A program made the translations under genes and the position numbers. Of a stretch of 64,000 bases of DNA, positions 26,220 to 35,707 are shown piece after piece. Source of the DNA: Clostridia bacterium (GTDB taxonomy: Bacteria; Bacillota; Clostridia; UMGS1883); the NCBI GenBank assembly GCA_045636425.1, contig JAZTXM010000003.1, positions 4,903 through 68,902 of the forward strand, given 5' to 3'. Below the pieces are notes generated by a model that was not told the DNA's origin, did no database searches, and worked only from the letters and a program-made list of their open reading frames with translations. The stretch's first letter is position 1. The number at the start of each line of letters is the position of its first letter.

Positions 26220-26568
26220 TTTTATCATCCTTTCTTTCTTCAATAAGATGGTCAAAGCCCTGAGCTATAATGCTTCTTACATGGTCATCCGCAAGAAAGT
26301 AAAAAATGGTTTTACCCTCTCTGCGAGAGTCTACAAGCTTATTATTCTTAAGAACCTTTAACTGATGGGATATTGCACTCTGAGCCATACCCAAAAGCTC
26401 TGCAATTGCGCACACGCACATTTCCGATTCAAAAAGAGAGAACAGAATTTTCATTCTCGTTGTATCACCGAAAACCTTGAATAAATCCGCTAAATCGCAA
26501 AGCAGTTCATCGGTGGGAAGCTCGTGACGCACCATATCAAGCAAGGCGTCATGATTATGCTCGTGCAT
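26212..26568 (-). CDS. cadC: ArsR/SmtB-family metalloregulator (CadC-like)
   Basis: ESEMCVCAIAELLGMAQSAISHQLKVL carries the CVC motif and a winged HTH. GGAGG lies 7 nt before ATG 26568. Confidence 0.8.
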   Translation of the reverse strand: MHEHNHDALLDMVRHELPTDELLCDLADLFKVFGDTTRMKILFSLFESEMCVCAIAELLGMAQSAISHQLKVLKNNKLVDSRREGKTIFYFLADDHVRSIIAQGFDHLIEERKDDKND

Positions 26569-26637
26569 ATATGTTCCTCCATTCATATGTTTGTATATTC
26601 ATATGATAGCACACGCATATGTAATTGTCAAGCAAAC

Positions 26638-26675
26638 AAAAAAGAAATTCGTGTTCTCCACGAATTTCTTTTTTT
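26638..26675. terminator. bidirectional terminator after the rnf-CPBP operon
   Basis: AAAAAAGAAATTCGTG-ttctc-CACGAATTTCTTTTTTT. Confidence 0.8.
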
Positions 26676-26678
26676 AAA

Positions 26679-27482
26679 TTATTTACTTTTTCCGTACAAA
26701 ATGATATATGCCAAAGAGAATCCGCACAGCACTATTCCCGACACGCCGTATACTACGGCACTTTTTAAAGACATACTAATCTGCGGAATAATTACCGACA
26801 GATTAAATGCACCGTGAAACAGCGTTGCCGTTTTTAAACTGCGGGTTTTATAATAAATTATTCCCAGCAAAATACCTACGCCAAATGTAAATATTGATTG
26901 AAATAGCACCATATGTGCCGCCGCAAAGAATGCCGCCTGAATTATAATTGCAAACCACGGACGAAAGCTTTTCATAAGCTCTCCCATGAAAAGGCCGCGG
27001 AACAATATCTCCTCAAAAAACGGCATTAAGACAATTATTGCAAAAAGAGCAACTGCAATCTGACCGAGCGTATGAAACTCGGGCACTGCCTCCCCTGCTG
27101 CCTCAATCGATTCTTTCAGGGGCTGAATTTTTTGAGCATAGGAATAAAAAACCGAAACCAATAGCCTTGCACCTATTGCCATGCATACCGCCATTATATT
27201 AACAATAGGGACAACCTTTTCATTTTTTATAATGGTATGTATAGGTGCTTTCCTGAGCTTCCCTATAAGGCTGAATACAAATATTGAAAATATGGCACTG
27301 ATACTGCTTAATGCATATGTATAATCAACCATATCGGTATAAGCTTCTGCTATCGATTTATTCAATATCTTTCTTTGCCAAAAAAGAAACACAAGCTGCA
27401 CACCCATACCGATAAGGTAATATAAAACAACGTATAATGCCCCTTGAAAAAGGGCTTTTAACCTCTTTTTTCGGACGGTCAT
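26679..27482 (-). CDS. CPBP-family intramembrane glutamic endopeptidase (CAAX protease-like)
   Basis: Multi-TM protein with the EEILFRG and HGAFN motifs. 4-nt overlap with rnfB. Confidence 0.8.
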   Translation of the reverse strand: MTVRKKRLKALFQGALYVVLYYLIGMGVQLVFLFWQRKILNKSIAEAYTDMVDYTYALSSISAIFSIFVFSLIGKLRKAPIHTIIKNEKVVPIVNIMAVCMAIGARLLVSVFYSYAQKIQPLKESIEAAGEAVPEFHTLGQIAVALFAIIVLMPFFEEILFRGLFMGELMKSFRPWFAIIIQAAFFAAAHMVLFQSIFTFGVGILLGIIYYKTRSLKTATLFHGAFNLSVIIPQISMSLKSAVVYGVSGIVLCGFSLAYIILYGKSK

Positions 27483-28288
27483 CGTGCATCATCCTTGTTG
27501 ATTGAAACAATTATTTTTTTGGGGCATTTGCTTTCACATAATCCGCAATTTATACATACGGACTGATCTATTTGTGCACAATTGTTTTCAACTTTTATTG
27601 CACCCACAGGACAGTTTTTCTCACAAATTTTGCAACCGATACATCCTACAGAGCACTTTCCCTTCATTTCTGCACCTTTATCGCAGGAGTGGCATTTTAC
27701 GATGTACTTCACCTTTTTGGGTACTATGGAAATGAGATTTTTAGGGCAGGCTGCCGCACATTCGCCGCATCCTCCGCACTTTTCCATATCTACTACGGCA
27801 ATTCCGTTTTCGATTCTTATGGCATTGTTCTGACACACCTTTGCACAAGAACCATAGCCAAGGCATCCGTATGTGCATGCTTTGGCACCTGCACCCTGAA
27901 GTCTTGAAGCTGTTACGCAATCCTCAATTCCCACATATTCGTACTTATCTAAAGCGTTGTCGAAGGTACCGTTACAGATAACTACAGCACACTTTTCCTC
28001 CACCGCTTCACCTGATACGCCCATAATCTCAGCAATGGCATCGGCAACGCTCTGTCCACCGGGGCTACAGCAATTAATCTTTGCCTCGCCTTTTGATATT
28101 GCACCGGCATAGGCACTGCATCCGGCATATCCGCAGCTTCCGCAGTTTGCTCCGGGAAGAACAGAGGTAATTTCTTCGGCTCTTTCATCCTTTTCCACTG
28201 CGAATATTTTAGACGCCAATGCAAGAAGCAGGCCGAGTACAAGTCCGACAGCTCCCATTGCGAGTGCCGGTAATAATATTTCTTTCAT
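27479..28288 (-). CDS. rnfB: Rnf electron-transport complex subunit B
   Basis: N-terminal TM helix, a CGSCGYAGC cluster and several CxxCxxCxxxCP ferredoxin motifs. Confidence 0.9.
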   Translation of the reverse strand: MKEILLPALAMGAVGLVLGLLLALASKIFAVEKDERAEEITSVLPGANCGSCGYAGCSAYAGAISKGEAKINCCSPGGQSVADAIAEIMGVSGEAVEEKCAVVICNGTFDNALDKYEYVGIEDCVTASRLQGAGAKACTYGCLGYGSCAKVCQNNAIRIENGIAVVDMEKCGGCGECAAACPKNLISIVPKKVKYIVKCHSCDKGAEMKGKCSVGCIGCKICEKNCPVGAIKVENNCAQIDQSVCINCGLCESKCPKKIIVSINKDDAR

Positions 28289-28306
28289 TTTTCAAACCTT
28301 CCTTCC

Positions 28307-28909
28307 TCAGAATGACATGCCCTGAAATCCCATAAACGCAATTGCAAGGAGCGATGCACTTATAAGTGCAATCGGAAAGCCCGTGAGTGCTTTGGGAATA
28401 TCTGAGCTTTCAAGACGTTCTCTTACACCTGCAAAGAGGACTATTGCCAAAAGGAAGCCAAGACCTGCACTAAATCCGTTTACAACCGATTCAATCAGAG
28501 TATATGTTCCCACAGGGTTAATTACGGAAGCCGTGCGCACATTAAGAAGTGCAACACCGAGCACCGCACAGTTTGTAGTGATGAGCGGAAGGTATATACC
28601 CAAGGCACTGTACAGTGACGGGATTGACTTTTGCAAAAACATCTCAACAAACTGAACCAACGCTGCAATAATTACGATAAAAGCAATCGTCTGCATATAT
28701 TCCATGTCCAAAGGAACAAGAATAAACTTCTGACAAGCCCATGTAAGCATTGAGGCAAGCGTCATTACAAAGGTTACTGCCATACCCATTCCGAGTGCCG
28801 TATCAAGCTTTTTTGAAACACCCAGGAACGGACAAATTCCGTAAAACTTAACCAATACAAAGTTCTGTACAAATATAGAGGTTAATGCAATTCCTATTAA
28901 TGCTGTCAT
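28307..28909 (-). CDS. rnfA: Rnf complex subunit A
   Basis: 200-aa polytopic membrane protein with a typical RnfA N-terminus (FVQNFVL) and operon position. Confidence 0.88.
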   Translation of the reverse strand: MTALIGIALTSIFVQNFVLVKFYGICPFLGVSKKLDTALGMGMAVTFVMTLASMLTWACQKFILVPLDMEYMQTIAFIVIIAALVQFVEMFLQKSIPSLYSALGIYLPLITTNCAVLGVALLNVRTASVINPVGTYTLIESVVNGFSAGLGFLLAIVLFAGVRERLESSDIPKALTGFPIALISASLLAIAFMGFQGMSF

Positions 28910-29497
28910 TTATCTCTGCTCCTTTCTGTTTCTTATTGCATTTATAATTCCTAAAATAATACCAAGCGTTAAGAAGCCTCCCGGGGGAAGTATCATTACG
29001 GTAGCAGGATTTGCTATTCCCACGCTCACGCCTAAAATAGTGCCGTTACCGAGTATTTCACGCACTGCGGAAATAAGTGAGAGGGCAACGGTAAATCCAA
29101 GTCCCATTCCAAGGCCATCTGCCGCAGACTTTAAAACCGTGTTTTTCGAAGCAAATGCCTCTGCACGGGCAAGAATAATACAGTTTACAACTATCAGTGG
29201 GATAAAGAGTCCCAAGGACGCAGAAAGGCTTGGAACATACGCCTTAAGCACAAGGTCTACCACTGTTACAAAGGTAGCAATAATAACAACATATGCCGCA
29301 ATACGAATTTTCGAAGGTATGATTTTTCTCAGCATGGATATGAGCATATTGGAAAGAATCAGAACAAAGGTTACGGAAAGTCCCATACCGATACCATTTA
29401 CAAAAGATGTTGTTACCGCAAGTGTGGGACACATACCCAAAACCTGTACAAACGTAGGGTTTTCGTTTATAAGTCCGTTTTTAATTGTTTTCAGCAC
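28910..29497 (-). CDS. rnfE: Rnf complex subunit E
   Basis: NPTFVQVLGMCP RnfE motif. I prefer GTG 29497, which lies 9 nt after AAGGAGG, over the ORF-track start at 29569. Confidence 0.85.
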   Translation of the reverse strand: MLKTIKNGLINENPTFVQVLGMCPTLAVTTSFVNGIGMGLSVTFVLILSNMLISMLRKIIPSKIRIAAYVVIIATFVTVVDLVLKAYVPSLSASLGLFIPLIVVNCIILARAEAFASKNTVLKSAADGLGMGLGFTVALSLISAVREILGNGTILGVSVGIANPATVMILPPGGFLTLGIILGIINAIRNRKEQR

Positions 29498-30041
29498 TTT
29501 TCTTTTCCTCCTTATCCATAGCTTCCACAAGCATATTAAATGCTTCATCAACGCCCGAGGCAACGGCACGGCTGGTTATAGTCGCACCTGTAATCGCTGT
29601 AATCTGATCGGGGCTCTCTGTCTTTGTTTTTACAACCTCAAGCGTGGAATTTTTTTTGGAAAACTGGTTCTTGAATTCCGGCTCGGTAGCTTTTGCACCC
29701 AAGCCTGCAGTTTCACTGTGACTTAAAATTTCAATTCCGCAAACCTGTGCATCACTATCTATTGCCACCATCATTTCAATAGCTCCACCATATCCGCTTG
29801 TGGTTACATTAACGCAAAATCCTACGGGGTTTTGGTCTTTCATTCCCTTGAAGACATTATCATTCATCTGCTCAAAGCTATCTGCCTGAGGAAGTATTGC
29901 TTTCATTGCATCCTGAATTGCTTTTTCTTCTGCCGCTGCAATTTTAGGCTTTGTTATATGGTTTACACCTGCAAGAAGCATTGCGGCAACAAGGGTGATT
30001 GCACAAAGAATCCCCGAAAGCTTTATAAATTCCTTTTTCAT
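29481..30041 (-). CDS. rnfG: Rnf complex subunit G (FMN-binding)
   Basis: N-terminal TM helix and the ITGATITSRAV FMN-attachment motif. Confidence 0.88.
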   Translation of the reverse strand: MKKEFIKLSGILCAITLVAAMLLAGVNHITKPKIAAAEEKAIQDAMKAILPQADSFEQMNDNVFKGMKDQNPVGFCVNVTTSGYGGAIEMMVAIDSDAQVCGIEILSHSETAGLGAKATEPEFKNQFSKKNSTLEVVKTKTESPDQITAITGATITSRAVASGVDEAFNMLVEAMDKEEKKSAENN

Positions 30042-30050
30042 ACTCGCACC

Positions 30051-31043
30051 TCACTTCTTCACTTTGCCGAAAGGCGTAGGCATAGTCCATCTGTCAATAA
30101 GGGGTGTAAGAACATTCATAAGAAGTATTGCATAGGTTACACCCTCGGGATATCCACCCCAGAATCTTATTACGCAGGTAATCACGCCGCATCCTATTCC
30201 GAAAATTATCTGCCCGACAGAAGTTGTGGGGCTTGTTACATAATCTGTTGCCATAAATATAGCACCTAAAAGCACACCGCCGCTCATTACTGCAAGGATG
30301 GGGCTTTGTGCCGATACCGATGCATTGGAGCCCAGTGCCCATGTCATCAGCATTACACTGCCTATGTACGCAAGAGGTATTCTTGCACTTATTACTCTGC
30401 GGATGAGAAGATATGCAAAACCCAGTAAAAGTGCCAAGGCACAGGTTTCGCCTATACAGCCGGGGATTGCCGTCCCATTTTCATACATACCGATAAAACG
30501 CTCTTTAATTGTGGGCACTTTCAAAAGGTATTCATTTGAAAGCGGAGTTGCCCCTGTCATAACATCAGCCGTTTTCTGAAAGAAATCTATTTTCTGATAA
30601 GCAAATGAAGTCATTACCGCAGGGAAAGAAGCTAATGCAAAAGCTCTTCCCACCAGAGCAGGATTCATAAAATTCTGTCCGATACCACCAAAAAGCTGCT
30701 TTGTAACTATAATGGCAATAAATGCGGCAACCACAATAGCATAAACCGGTACGCCTGACGGCATGGTAAGACCTAAAAGCATTCCGGTGACAACGGCACT
30801 GAAATCGTTTATTGTAAGCTTCTTGTGTGCGAGAATCTGATACACAAGCTCAAAGCCCACACATGCGGCAACAGATACCAAAAGCACTGCCAAAGCCCTT
30901 TGCCCGAATAAAATCACTCCCGCAAATGCCGCTGGCATAAGTGCAATGATTACATCCAACATAATGTCGTCAATACTGCATTTTGACCTTATATGAGGTG
31001 TTGATGACACTCTTAATTTAAAATTACTTTCCACTCTGTTCAT
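30051..31043 (-). CDS. rnfD: Rnf complex subunit D
   Basis: LRVSSTPHIRS N-terminus and a polytopic body. Start ATG 31043 overlaps the rnfC end. Confidence 0.88.
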   Translation of the reverse strand: MNRVESNFKLRVSSTPHIRSKCSIDDIMLDVIIALMPAAFAGVILFGQRALAVLLVSVAACVGFELVYQILAHKKLTINDFSAVVTGMLLGLTMPSGVPVYAIVVAAFIAIIVTKQLFGGIGQNFMNPALVGRAFALASFPAVMTSFAYQKIDFFQKTADVMTGATPLSNEYLLKVPTIKERFIGMYENGTAIPGCIGETCALALLLGFAYLLIRRVISARIPLAYIGSVMLMTWALGSNASVSAQSPILAVMSGGVLLGAIFMATDYVTSPTTSVGQIIFGIGCGVITCVIRFWGGYPEGVTYAILLMNVLTPLIDRWTMPTPFGKVKK

Positions 31044-32376
31044 TCCTTTCCTGCTGTGCTCTCTTTCGTTTTTCAGCAAGCACGTTTTGCTTTGCAACAC
31101 GTATTGCCTGAACCATATTTCTCTTTGCGGGACAACCGAAGCTGCAGCACCCACATTCTATACAAGCATCCGCATTATATTTTTCACACGCGTCCATATC
31201 GCCGCGTTTTGCAAAATCATAAATATAGAGGGGCATAAGTCCCATAGGACATTGCTCGACACATTTTCCGCACCTGATACATGCACTTTCCTCGGGGATA
31301 TTTGCTTCTTTTTCAGTAAATGCAAGAATTGCAGAATTAGCCTTAATGACAGGCATATCCAGTCTGAACTGTGCCACACCCATCATCGGGCCGCCTATGA
31401 TTATCTTTTTCGGTTCTTCCACAAATCCGCCGTTTTGCTCAATTATGTAGTCTATCGGTGTACCGATACGTACCCTATAGTTTATCTCTCTCGGAAAAGG
31501 CGTACCTACAATAGTAACATTTCTCCTTGTAAGAGGCATTCCGTACATAAATTTACGACCTATTGCCGCACAGGTGTCTGTGTTGATAACTATAGTCCCC
31601 GTGTCCGCAGGAAGTCCGCCCAGCGGAACCTTTCTCTTTGTTACGGCATAGATAAGCTGTTTTTCACCGCCTTGGGGATATTTTGTTTTAAGAACATCCA
31701 CCGTAATGGGAGTATCCTTGCACGCCTCTTTCATTTTTCGAGTGGCAAGAGGCTTATTATCCTCAATGGCAATATGACCGTTTTCAATACCGAATCTGTA
31801 AAGCACCACCATAAGTCCCGTAACAATTTCTTCGGGTGTTTCCATCATTACCCTGTAGTCGCTGGTAAGATACGGCTCGCACTCGGAACAATTGACAATA
31901 ATGGTATCTATCTTTTTATCGGCAGGAGGCATAAGCTTTACATGAGTGGGGAATGCCGCACCACCCATGCCTACAATTCCTGCCTCACGAACCAATTTGG
32001 GAATATCATCAGGATTAACGCTCTTATAATCTATTGGCTTTACCGATTCATCAACCGTGTCCTGAAAATCATTTTCTATGACAATGGACTCAACCATAGA
32101 GCCATTTGACACGGGATACATTTTAAAATCCTTTACCGTTCCCGATACTGATGAGTGAATAGGTGCACTTACAAACGCCTCACAATCGGCAATTTTCTGT
32201 CCCACCTTTACATAGTCCCCTTTTTGCACACAGGGCGTGCACGGAGCACCGATGTGCTGTGACAATGGAAAAATAAGCTCCGTTGGCGGTGTAAGTGTTT
32301 CGATTGTTTTTGCGGCGGTCTGACTCTTATTATCTTTTGGATGTGTTCCGCCTTTGAAGGAAAGCTTTTTCAGCAT
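31024..32376 (-). CDS. rnfC: Rnf complex subunit C
   Basis: GMGGAAFPTHVK NADH/FMN motif plus two CxxCxxCxxxCP clusters. Confidence 0.9.
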   Translation of the reverse strand: MLKKLSFKGGTHPKDNKSQTAAKTIETLTPPTELIFPLSQHIGAPCTPCVQKGDYVKVGQKIADCEAFVSAPIHSSVSGTVKDFKMYPVSNGSMVESIVIENDFQDTVDESVKPIDYKSVNPDDIPKLVREAGIVGMGGAAFPTHVKLMPPADKKIDTIIVNCSECEPYLTSDYRVMMETPEEIVTGLMVVLYRFGIENGHIAIEDNKPLATRKMKEACKDTPITVDVLKTKYPQGGEKQLIYAVTKRKVPLGGLPADTGTIVINTDTCAAIGRKFMYGMPLTRRNVTIVGTPFPREINYRVRIGTPIDYIIEQNGGFVEEPKKIIIGGPMMGVAQFRLDMPVIKANSAILAFTEKEANIPEESACIRCGKCVEQCPMGLMPLYIYDFAKRGDMDACEKYNADACIECGCCSFGCPAKRNMVQAIRVAKQNVLAEKRKRAQQERNEQSGK

Positions 32377-32499
32377 ATACCCCTCTCCCTTTTAATATAA
32401 CGTAGTAGTTTTTAAACTCCCTCTCCAAGGAGAGCCACTAATGGCAGTTTTATAGAAAGCAATAAGGCACCCTGCCCTGCCTACGCAGAGCAACGCACC

Positions 32500-33213
32500 T
32501 TATTTTAAATACTTATTTGAATAATATGAAAGCTTAAGCTGTTTTTCATTTTTATAGGATTCTCTAATCGTTCCTGCAATATCGGAATCAGCGTTAACTG
32601 CCTCAAGTTCTTTTTGCAGCTTGGCAACAATCTTTTCAAACCTGCCGTCGCATTCGGCCTCAAGCCCTCTCACTACAGGGGTGAAATGTGTTATTGTCTT
32701 AGCTCGGGCGACGGGGTCCTGTGGATGTGCCTTTATACTTTCGTAATAGCGAGCACCCTGCTTTATTGTAGCTTCTGCACGGGCATTAAACTCACTCTGC
32801 AAAGAATATAACTGTGCCATGTATTTACTTATAATCTCGTCCTTTTTCTTCTTGTCCGCCGCTGAGTCCGGCTTCTTTACAGAATCAGCGTTCTTTTCAT
32901 CCTTTAAGGATTTTGCAAGGGCTTCTTTTTCTTCAAATATCTTGGCGTAAACCTCGGAGAGGGCAGTGCTTCCATCCTCTATCTGCTTTTTTTCTTCCTC
33001 TGTCAGTTCTCTTACAGGTTCGTCAAGAAACATATTTATATCATTTACCAATGCGGTCTGATTTTTCATTCTTCTGTCTTCGATTTGTTCCTCCGATTCC
33101 ATAAGACCTATATAAACGCTTTTTACGTTCTCCCACTGCCAAAGCACAAGAGAGCCTACAACAATGACTAAAATCAGATAAATTATTGCGACTGCTTTCA
33201 ATGCTTTTTTCAC
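32500..33213 (-). CDS. membrane-anchored coiled-coil protein, function unknown
   Basis: One N-terminal TM helix followed by a K/E-rich helical region. I recognise no family. Confidence 0.5.
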   Translation of the reverse strand: MKKALKAVAIIYLILVIVVGSLVLWQWENVKSVYIGLMESEEQIEDRRMKNQTALVNDINMFLDEPVRELTEEEKKQIEDGSTALSEVYAKIFEEKEALAKSLKDEKNADSVKKPDSAADKKKKDEIISKYMAQLYSLQSEFNARAEATIKQGARYYESIKAHPQDPVARAKTITHFTPVVRGLEAECDGRFEKIVAKLQKELEAVNADSDIAGTIRESYKNEKQLKLSYYSNKYLK

Positions 33214-33240
33214 TATTTCGGCCCTCCTTTTCTCCGACCT

Positions 33241-34332
33241 TTATTTCTCGTTCAGCAGCTGTACTGCCAGATGTGCATTCTGCTTTGCCTTCTCACGAAG
33301 GGGCTTTGATTTTTCACAAAGCTCCTGCCTTAGCATTTCGCTATTTTGAAGGCATGAAAATACTATGTTTCTAAAATCCTCTTCATTAAAATTTTCAAGT
33401 TCAATATAGGTTTTTTGATTCATGTATTCCATGAAACCTTTTATTTTGGGATCATATGCAATTCCCGCCATAGGTACATTCATAACCGACGCAAATATCA
33501 GCATGTGAAGACGCATACCACACACTATTTCACATTTTGCTATAATTGCCAGCATTTCCTCCACCTGCATTTGTGTATCTATAACCTTTGATTGTTCCTT
33601 CATTCGGCTTGCTATACGAAGCGATATATCAAGGTCAGCACTAATCTGCATGGGAATAAAAATCGGCAGATACCCTTTTCTTGAAATGTCATCAAGGACC
33701 TGCGCCATTTTCTCCTCAAAATTCTTCGGAAGAAGGTTAGATTCCCTTACCGAAACGGCAACTATCTTTGAATCCTTGGGAACACAATACTTTTCAAATA
33801 TTTCATCAGCACAGTGTTCATCTCCCAAAGTCAGATTAAAAGCAGGGTCCGCGGTAAGCAGCACCTTAGGCTTTACTATCTTGCACCTTTTAATCTCCTC
33901 TAAAGAAACAGCTTCACGAAGCGTAATCAAATCCACTTTATTAAGAACCCGACTTACCTTTGAAACATTTTTTTCCTTTATCGGGCCCATTCCGTTTGCA
34001 TAAAGCATTACCTTTAGCCCCATTTTTTTTGCCAGAGAAATAATTCCCAGATAATAAAGGAGGCTCTTGGTACTGGTTGCATCTTGAATTAAAGTTCCTC
34101 CTCCGCTTAAAAGGAGCCTTGCTGAGCGGAATTCCTTTATAATCGAAAACGGATTGAAACGATTAATGGTTTTTATTCCGTACATTTTATTGGTAAGGGA
34201 GGCATCCCCCGAAAGTGCTGTAATTGTAATATCAGGACTGATTCTTTTTAAATCATCCACTATGCTCCTGAGCAAAGCTTCATCTCCGCTGTTCCCCAGT
34301 CCATAGTAGCCGGAAATAACAACATCAGACAT
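33241..34332 (-). CDS. csaB: polysaccharide pyruvyl transferase CsaB
   Basis: MSDVVISGYYGLGNSGDEALL N-terminus typical of CsaB. Start ATG 34332 lies downstream of the tyrS stop. Confidence 0.8.
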   Translation of the reverse strand: MSDVVISGYYGLGNSGDEALLRSIVDDLKRISPDITITALSGDASLTNKMYGIKTINRFNPFSIIKEFRSARLLLSGGGTLIQDATSTKSLLYYLGIISLAKKMGLKVMLYANGMGPIKEKNVSKVSRVLNKVDLITLREAVSLEEIKRCKIVKPKVLLTADPAFNLTLGDEHCADEIFEKYCVPKDSKIVAVSVRESNLLPKNFEEKMAQVLDDISRKGYLPIFIPMQISADLDISLRIASRMKEQSKVIDTQMQVEEMLAIIAKCEIVCGMRLHMLIFASVMNVPMAGIAYDPKIKGFMEYMNQKTYIELENFNEEDFRNIVFSCLQNSEMLRQELCEKSKPLREKAKQNAHLAVQLLNEK

Positions 34333-34363
34333 ACATACACCTGCCTTTTGCAGCTCAAAAGGT

Positions 34364-35590
34364 TTACACAAGCTCAATTTTAAGGAAGGCTTTCTTTCCC
34401 TTTTTCGCAACAATTTTTCCTTCCTTAAAGCTATCTTTTGTTACAACAAGGTCAATACCCGTAACCTTTTCGCCGTCTATACTAAGACCGCCCTGCTGGA
34501 TAAGTCTGCGGCCCTCTCCTTTAGAGGGGATAAAGCCCACAAGGCTGAGAAGGTCTAAAACTGCGATTCCATCGCCTATCTGCTCAGGTGTTACCTGTGC
34601 TGAGGGCATATTCGCAATGTCGCCCTGACCTGAGAATATCGCCGCTGCCGTTTCCCTTGCCTTTTGTGCCTCTGCTTCACCGTGAACAAGCTTTGTTACC
34701 TCATATGCAAGTATATCCTTCACGCGGTTAAGCTGGCTTCCCTCAAGCTTTTCATACTCACGGATTTCATCCATGGGAATAAATGTAAGAAGCTTAAGAC
34801 ACTTGCATACGTCATTGTCATCTACATTTCTCCAATACTGATAAAACTCATAAGGAGATGTTTTCTCGGGTGCGAGCCAAACAGCACCGTTTGCAGTCTT
34901 ACCCATCTTTTTACCTTCGCTGTTTGTAAGAAGTGTAAAGGTCATTCCGTAAACCTGCTTCTGGTCTTTTCTTCTGCAAAGGTCAAGACCGCCGAGAATA
35001 TTGCTCCACTGATCGTCTCCTCCAAGCTCAATCTTACAGTCATATTTACGGCTGAGCATCAAAAAGTCATAACTCTGCATAAGCATATAGTTAAATTCAA
35101 GGAAAGACAGTCCCTTTTCAAGTCTTTGCTTAAAGCACTCTGCGGAAAGCATCTGATTTACTGAGAAGCAAGAACCGATATCACGGATAAACTCAACATA
35201 ATTAAGGTCAAGAAGCCAATCGGCGTTATTAACCATAATAGCCTTGCCGTCAGAAAAATCAATAACCTTTGAAAGCTGTTCCTTGAAACGCTCACAGTTA
35301 TAGTCAATGGTTTCTTTTGTCATCATCTGACGCATATCGGTTCTTCCCGACGGGTCCCCTATATGGCCTGTGCCGCCGCCTACAAGTGCGATAGGACGAT
35401 GTCCGTGCATCTGCATATGACGCATAACAACCATTTGCAGGAAATGGCCTACATGAAGGCTGTCTGCCGTGGGGTCAAATCCGATATAAAAAGTAACCTT
35501 CTCTTTTCCGAGAAGTTCTCTGATTTCTTCTTCATGGGTGGTCTGTGCAAGAAGACCTCTTTCTTTTAAAACGTCAAAAACGTTTGCCAT
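34364..35590 (-). CDS. tyrS: tyrosine--tRNA ligase
   Basis: HVGH (HIGH) and KMGKT (KMSKS) motifs with a C-terminal S4-like domain. Confidence 0.93.
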   Translation of the reverse strand: MANVFDVLKERGLLAQTTHEEEIRELLGKEKVTFYIGFDPTADSLHVGHFLQMVVMRHMQMHGHRPIALVGGGTGHIGDPSGRTDMRQMMTKETIDYNCERFKEQLSKVIDFSDGKAIMVNNADWLLDLNYVEFIRDIGSCFSVNQMLSAECFKQRLEKGLSFLEFNYMLMQSYDFLMLSRKYDCKIELGGDDQWSNILGGLDLCRRKDQKQVYGMTFTLLTNSEGKKMGKTANGAVWLAPEKTSPYEFYQYWRNVDDNDVCKCLKLLTFIPMDEIREYEKLEGSQLNRVKDILAYEVTKLVHGEAEAQKARETAAAIFSGQGDIANMPSAQVTPEQIGDGIAVLDLLSLVGFIPSKGEGRRLIQQGGLSIDGEKVTGIDLVVTKDSFKEGKIVAKKGKKAFLKIELV

Positions 35591-35638
35591 TTATAATCAT
35601 TCCTTTCCGAAATTAAAAGCAATCCATATCTAATATAC

Positions 35639-35668
35639 ATTATAACATTTTTCGGCATATCTTTTCAA
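35639..35668 (-). promoter_or_regulatory. sigma-A promoter of tyrS with extended -10
   Basis: On the minus strand: TTGAAA (35668-35663), 18-nt spacer, TGtTATAAT (-10 at 35644-35639). Confidence 0.6.
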
Positions 35669-35707
35669 GGGGTAAATAGTATTTTTATCGCAAACTGCAT
35701 ATTTTTT

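Noticed and set aside
29040-29726. 228-aa + strand ORF.
   Set aside because: It is antisense to rnfE and rnfG.
31087-32109. 340-aa + strand ORF.
   Set aside because: It is antisense to rnfC, which has clear Fe-S and NADH motifs. The product is Cys/His/Arg-rich low-complexity, as expected for a shadow ORF. No SD.
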